Source: Candidatus Adlerbacteria bacterium
GTDB lineage: Bacteria > Patescibacteriota > Minisyncoccia > Phycocordibacterales > SBAW01
NCBI GenBank assembly: GCA_903878285.1
Contig: CAIRHB010000002.1
Location: forward strand, 808-64,807
Direction: 5' to 3'
DNA: 64,000 bases
Below, one piece after another: positions 59,582 to 64,000 of this stretch (within the stretch, counting starts at the first letter, position 1; every line of letters starts with the position of its first letter). The notes below the pieces were generated by a model, which worked only from the letters and a program-made list of their open reading frames with translations, searched no databases and was not told the origin of the DNA. The position numbers and the translations under genes are program-made.

Positions 59582-60178
59582 TTATTCATCAATCCCAAAA
59601 CGCTTGTAGGTGTAGATGGTTTTTTTATCGCCAAACCAATACTCGATCTCGTGTGTTGCCTCCTCGGTCGTCTCGGACGCATGCGCGAGGTTAAAGACCG
59701 CGCGCTTGTCGACATTGGCACTAATCGCCGAGTCAGCAGAGTAGTCGCCGCGGATGGTGCCAATCTCTGCCAAGTACGGCATCGTGGGGCCGACGATTTT
59801 GCGTACCATGTCGACCGCATGCACGCCCTGTACCACCATCCGTACCATCGGCGCCGAGGTGAGATAGCTGACGAGCCAGCCGCGCACTACCTTTCCTACC
59901 TCAAGCAGGTCGGAGCTGCCGAAATCTTTTTGTAGGTCAGTCACATCGCGCCCGTACTTTTCGTATGTCGAGAGCGTCTTCTCGCCGAGGCGGCGAATCC
60001 ACTTCTCTTCCTTTGGATAATGATTGTCGATCTCTTCGCGCGTCGCGAGAAACATATCGAGTGCCACAATCTTCAAATCACGCTGCTCAAACCGCTTGAT
60101 AATCTCGCCGACGAGCCCCTTCTGCACGCCGTCGGGCTTCACCATCACGAATGTCTTCTCCTCTTTTGGCTGTATCAT
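59582..60178 (-). CDS. ndk: Nucleoside diphosphate kinase
   Basis: TFVMVKPDGVQ, GTIRGDY, NLAHASE. Confidence 0.95.
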   Translation of the reverse strand: MIQPKEEKTFVMVKPDGVQKGLVGEIIKRFEQRDLKIVALDMFLATREEIDNHYPKEEKWIRRLGEKTLSTYEKYGRDVTDLQKDFGSSDLLEVGKVVRGWLVSYLTSAPMVRMVVQGVHAVDMVRKIVGPTMPYLAEIGTIRGDYSADSAISANVDKRAVFNLAHASETTEEATHEIEYWFGDKKTIYTYKRFGIDE

Positions 60179-60221
60179 GCTGGCACTGTACAACAAAAGA
60201 GATGCGGATGCAAAAAATAAG

Positions 60222-60245
60222 AGAAAAGGTACCTGACACCTTTTT
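60222..60245. repeat. 24-bp palindromic repeat, copy 2
   Basis: Identical to 54859-54882. Confidence 0.8.
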
Positions 60246-61009
60246 TAAAACGTGGTCAAAATCTCGCAACCGTCGCGGGTGACGATGATAGTCTGCTCAA
60301 ACTCGGCACTGCGCAGCCCGTCGCGGGTGGTGTATGTCCACAGGTCGGCACCCAAGACCACCTGCGGCTTGCCTTCGCAAAAAATCGGCTCGATAGCGAG
60401 CACCAGCCCCTCGACGAGCATCTCGCCCTCGCCAGCCTTCCCCTCGTTGGGGATAAATGGCTTTTCGTGCACGGTCTTGCCGAGCGAGTGCCCGCCTAAA
60501 TCCTCGGCAATGGTGAACTTGTATTTGCGTGCAACGCGCTCAATCGCCGCACCAATGTCGCCCACGTGCGCACCGTGTCGCACTACCTTCAAAGCCTCGG
60601 CGAGCGCTTCGCGCGAGGCGGCAACCAACTCGCGGCCACGCGCATCACCCTTGCCCGCGATCACCGTGTATGCCGCATCAGAGAAAAAGCCGTTGTAAGA
60701 AACGCCGAGGTCGAGCATCACGATGTCGCCGTCCATAACCACCTTATCCTCGGTCGGGATACCATGCACCACCTCGTCGTTGATCGACACGCACAGCGCC
60801 GCGGGGAATGGATACGCAGCACCAGCGGGCTTGTAGTTGAGAAACGCGGGCAATCCGCCACGCTCACGTATCATCTTTTCTGCCGCCAAATCGAGCTCGG
60901 CAGCGTTCACTCCCAGCTTCACCAACTTCGCGGTCGCGAGGAGCACATCAGCAAGGATATGTCCCGCCTCGCGTAAGTTCTCTCTGTCACTATCATTCTT
61001 AACAATCAT
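60245..61009 (-). CDS. map: Methionine aminopeptidase type I
   Basis: CVSINDEVVHGIP, DLG..FSD, GHSLG..HE, AIEP, EQT. Confidence 0.95.
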   Translation of the reverse strand: MIVKNDSDRENLREAGHILADVLLATAKLVKLGVNAAELDLAAEKMIRERGGLPAFLNYKPAGAAYPFPAALCVSINDEVVHGIPTEDKVVMDGDIVMLDLGVSYNGFFSDAAYTVIAGKGDARGRELVAASREALAEALKVVRHGAHVGDIGAAIERVARKYKFTIAEDLGGHSLGKTVHEKPFIPNEGKAGEGEMLVEGLVLAIEPIFCEGKPQVVLGADLWTYTTRDGLRSAEFEQTIIVTRDGCEILTTF

Positions 61010-61030
61010 ACTATTACGCCGCTTGTACCA

Positions 61031-61642
61031 TTATGCTAGGACACCAGCAGCAGCGAGCCCGAGCCGCGCGCGGATATCCGCCTGTACCTCCTCGGCCGAG
61101 CGCTCGCCGTCGACGTCGATTACTTCATACAACGGCTGCGTGCGAAACCACGCGATGTTGGGGATCGTCTCCTCGCGCGACCAGCGGAGACGATGGCGGA
61201 TGCTCTCCTCGGTGTCGTCGTGCCGACCACGCTTGAGCAAGCGCGCCACCGCCTCGTCGTCGGAGATGTTGATACACAGAACGAAAATCTTCTCACGGTT
61301 GTAAAACTCCATCGCAGAGTGGAGCGCGGGCACTTGGTCGGCCTGCCGTGGGAAGCCGTCGACGATCAGGTGCTCGTTACCGTGCATGTGGTCGATCAAA
61401 TAATTTGAAAACTGTGCCGAGCTGATAAAGTAGGAGATCAGTTCGCCGTCGGCGAGCACTTGGCGCACCTTCTGGGGTGTGTAGCCGTCGCGCGACGCGA
61501 GCTCGCGCAACTGCTTGCCCATCTCGAAGTGGACAACGGGGCGTGCCGCGTCGTTGGTCGACAAAAACTCCTTCAGCAAGGCGATTTGCGTCCCCTTGCC
61601 GCACCCCTGCGGCCCCAAAAAGACGGCGGTGAGTTGGTTCAC
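61031..61642 (-). CDS. adk: Adenylate kinase (short LID)
   Basis: GPQGCGKGTQ, DGFPR, RGRHDD; secY-map context. Confidence 0.88.
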   Translation of the reverse strand: MNQLTAVFLGPQGCGKGTQIALLKEFLSTNDAARPVVHFEMGKQLRELASRDGYTPQKVRQVLADGELISYFISSAQFSNYLIDHMHGNEHLIVDGFPRQADQVPALHSAMEFYNREKIFVLCINISDDEAVARLLKRGRHDDTEESIRHRLRWSREETIPNIAWFRTQPLYEVIDVDGERSAEEVQADIRARLGLAAAGVLA

Positions 61643-61677
61643 GCTCCCTATAGTACCGAATTATCGTCAAAACACAA

Positions 61678-62256
61678 TCACTCGCTCTGCATAACACTGG
61701 CAAGCACGCGAGCAAACTCCTTCTTTGCAGCATCCAGCTCGCCGTAGGCGTTGGGCACTATAAAGTCCGCCTCCTGCTCGAACGAGAGTTCGCGATTGTA
61801 CCGCTCCTCCCGCTTTGCCAGCTCCTCCTCGCTCATCGGCGATCGGTCGAGGATGCGACGCTTGACGTCCTCCCACGAACCAGCGGTGATAAAAATGGTG
61901 ACCACCGACCTCTCCGGCAGCAGCGTCTTGATATTGCGCGCACCGATTGGCTCGACATCTTTGAGTACAAACTTCCCCGCCGCGAGCGCGTCGGTAATCG
62001 CTTGCTTGTCGGTGCCGTAGCAGTGCCCGCCGTCAATCATCACCCACTCGAGAAACCGATTGTCGCGCAGCGCCTGCTCGAACTCCTCGTTGGTCGCGAA
62101 GTGATACGACACCCCTTCGACCTCACCCTCGCGTATCGGGCGCGTCGTCCATGACCGAGGAAATACAATCTCGGGAAACTGCTCGCGCGCGTACTGCAGC
62201 AGCGTACTCTTCCCTGCCCCCGGCACGCCGACAATCAAAACAAGTTTCCCTTGCAT
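61678..62256 (-). CDS. gmk: Guanylate kinase
   Basis: GVPGAGKST, TTRPIREGEVEGVSYHF, FLEW..YGT. Confidence 0.92.
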   Translation of the reverse strand: MQGKLVLIVGVPGAGKSTLLQYAREQFPEIVFPRSWTTRPIREGEVEGVSYHFATNEEFEQALRDNRFLEWVMIDGGHCYGTDKQAITDALAAGKFVLKDVEPIGARNIKTLLPERSVVTIFITAGSWEDVKRRILDRSPMSEEELAKREERYNRELSFEQEADFIVPNAYGELDAAKKEFARVLASVMQSE

Positions 62257-62304
62257 GCCAACACTATAGCACACTGCGCCCGAGTTTCTAACAAAAAGGT
62301 GCGA

Positions 62305-63576
62305 TTAGTACTCGCGCAGGGAAATCTGCGCGTCGATGCGGCGCGAGAGGTCGAGGACGACCGAGACGACAATGAGGAGCGCGGTGCCGCCGAGGGTGAG
62401 CGTCTGGATGTTGGTGATGGACTGCATGATGGTCGGGAGGACGGCGATCACACCGAGGAAGAGCGCGCCGACGAAGGTGATACGGGTGATCACTTTGCTG
62501 AGGTAGTCGACCGTCGAGGCGCCAGGGCGCACGCCGGGTATAAACGCGCCGTTCTTCTGCAGGTTCTCGGCGATTTGGTGCGGGTCGAAGGTGACGGCGG
62601 TGTAGAAGTAGGTAAAGAGGAATACGAGGATAAAGTACAGCGTGCCGTAAATCCCTAGGTTTTGTAGCCAGTGGAGCACCATGCTTGCTGCGCCCGCGAG
62701 CCACGCCGTGTGCGACGTCGCGAAGAAGGTCGCCACCATCTGTGGGATGAGCAAGAGCGACAGCGCGAAGATGATGGGGATCACGCCTGCTTGGTTAAGC
62801 CGTAGCGGGAGGTAGGTCGACGAGCCACCGAAGAACTTCATCCCGCGGATGCGCTTGGCGTAAGTCACCGGCACTGGGCGCTCTGCCTCGGTCACCACCA
62901 CAACAGCTGCCACTATGGCGATTGCTGCAACCAAGAACGCGAGGTACGTCGGGATCTGTGCTGCGCTAAACGTAAAGAGCGCCTGGCTGGCGTCCCTTGG
63001 CAAGCGCGCGACAATACCCGCGAAGATGAGCACCGAGACACCATTACCAAGCCCAAACTCGGAGATCAGCTCGCCGAGCCACATCAGGAGCATCGAGCCG
63101 GCTGTCACCACGAGCAAGTTTGCTGCGAATTGAAATGGCGAGAGGCTGGAGAGAATCCCCTCGCGCTCGAGGATAAGCAAAAAACTGATACCCTGCACAA
63201 GCGCGATGGGCAGCGTGAGCAGCCGCGTGTACTGGCTAAAACGCTGGCGACCCGCCTCGCCCTCCTCTTGGTAGAGCTGCTTGAGACGCGGAATCATCAT
63301 CGTGAGCAGCTGAAGAATGATGGACGCGGTGATGTACGGGCCGACGCCGAGCAGGACGATCGAGAGGTTCGACAGCCCGCCACCCGAGAAGAGGTTGAGC
63401 AGACCAAAAAACTGATTGTTATTTAAAAAGTTTGCCAGCTGTGCCGCGTTGATGCCAGGGATCGGGATCGCCGCGAGGACGCGAAACATCGCGAGTGCGC
63501 CGAGTACGAAGAAGAGGCGGTTGCGGAGCAGCCTGTCCGAGAACAGAAGTGTTATTTTTTCGGCGAAGCCGGTCAT
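62305..63576 (-). CDS. secY: Preprotein translocase subunit SecY
   Basis: LGVGPYITASII, GLGNGVS, AGVIPIIFA, FIPGVRPG, GGTALLIVV. Confidence 0.98.
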   Translation of the reverse strand: MTGFAEKITLLFSDRLLRNRLFFVLGALAMFRVLAAIPIPGINAAQLANFLNNNQFFGLLNLFSGGGLSNLSIVLLGVGPYITASIILQLLTMMIPRLKQLYQEEGEAGRQRFSQYTRLLTLPIALVQGISFLLILEREGILSSLSPFQFAANLLVVTAGSMLLMWLGELISEFGLGNGVSVLIFAGIVARLPRDASQALFTFSAAQIPTYLAFLVAAIAIVAAVVVVTEAERPVPVTYAKRIRGMKFFGGSSTYLPLRLNQAGVIPIIFALSLLLIPQMVATFFATSHTAWLAGAASMVLHWLQNLGIYGTLYFILVFLFTYFYTAVTFDPHQIAENLQKNGAFIPGVRPGASTVDYLSKVITRITFVGALFLGVIAVLPTIMQSITNIQTLTLGGTALLIVVSVVLDLSRRIDAQISLREY

Positions 63577-63582
63577 AGTGTG

Positions 63583-64000
63583 TTACGCGAGAACCTGTCC
63601 CCCTGCCTTCTCAATCTTTATCTTAGCACTTGCGGAGACAACACAATCAGAAACAGTGAGCTTTTTGGTGATCTCGCCCGTGCCGAGGATTTTGACAATC
63701 GGCGTCGTGTCGCGGCGAACCGAGAGCACCCCGCGCTCGACCAAGATAATCGGCGAAACGGTGTCACCTGCAGCGAAGATGCGCTCGAGTGCCGCAACAT
63801 TGACCACCATCGGCTTGTCCTGGATGCTGTAGAGCCCCTGCACGCCACGACCGCGCAGCTTGGGGAGCTTCTTCAACTTCTCGCGGACGTCGGGGCGGAT
63901 GCTGTGCCCTGCGCGCGCCTTCTGACCCTTGGTGCCGCGGCCAGAGGTCTTGCCGCGCTTGCCGCCACGACCGACGCGCTTTGGCGTCTTGTTGGGAGTT
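63583..64000 (-). CDS. rplO: 50S ribosomal protein L15 (5' end outside the window)
   Basis: KRVGRGGKRGKTSGRGTKGQKAR..KLPKLRG..KIEKAGG. Confidence 0.95.
   Translation of the reverse strand, partial: TPNKTPKRVGRGGKRGKTSGRGTKGQKARAGHSIRPDVREKLKKLPKLRGRGVQGLYSIQDKPMVVNVAALERIFAAGDTVSPIILVERGVLSVRRDTTPIVKILGTGEITKKLTVSDCVVSASAKIKIEKAGGQVLA

Noticed and set aside
1-64000. Alternative genetic code (UGA recoding)
   Set aside because: Core genes are full length under code 11.

Overview
Bacterial chromosome segment that looks like a Patescibacteria/CPR (Parcubacteria-like) genome. This is inferred from the gene inventory and from many -10 boxes lying only a few nt before start codons. Left: an ApbE + RnfD/FNR flavinylation pair, an orphan PemK/MazF toxin and an L,D-transpeptidase/DD-carboxypeptidase fusion. 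About 6.4-29.3 kb: an AT-richer accessory region beside the 3' end of tRNA-Ser(GCT). It resolves into two tandem related elements, each bounded by its own ~14-bp direct repeat and each carrying a ParB-methyltransferase, a small-terminase-like HTH and a large serine recombinase. The larger one also has a terminase large subunit, type III R-M and a KAP NTPase. No recognisable capsid, portal or tail genes. Right: core genes (pseudouridine synthase, maf, VirB4/HerA-like ATPase, pilin + ABC module, malic enzyme, recG, ftsH, smpB/tmRNA, infC-rpmI-rplT, ndk, map, adk, gmk, secY, rplO), a RAYT with REP palindromes and tRNA-Ile(UAU) nested in a LAGLIDADG-like ORF. Several unannotated structured RNA candidates occur: an HNH gene looped out of a folded RNA, a 6S-like RNA, a small RNA convergent with the toxin and a switch-like leader. 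All calls come from reading motifs by eye; no searches were run.
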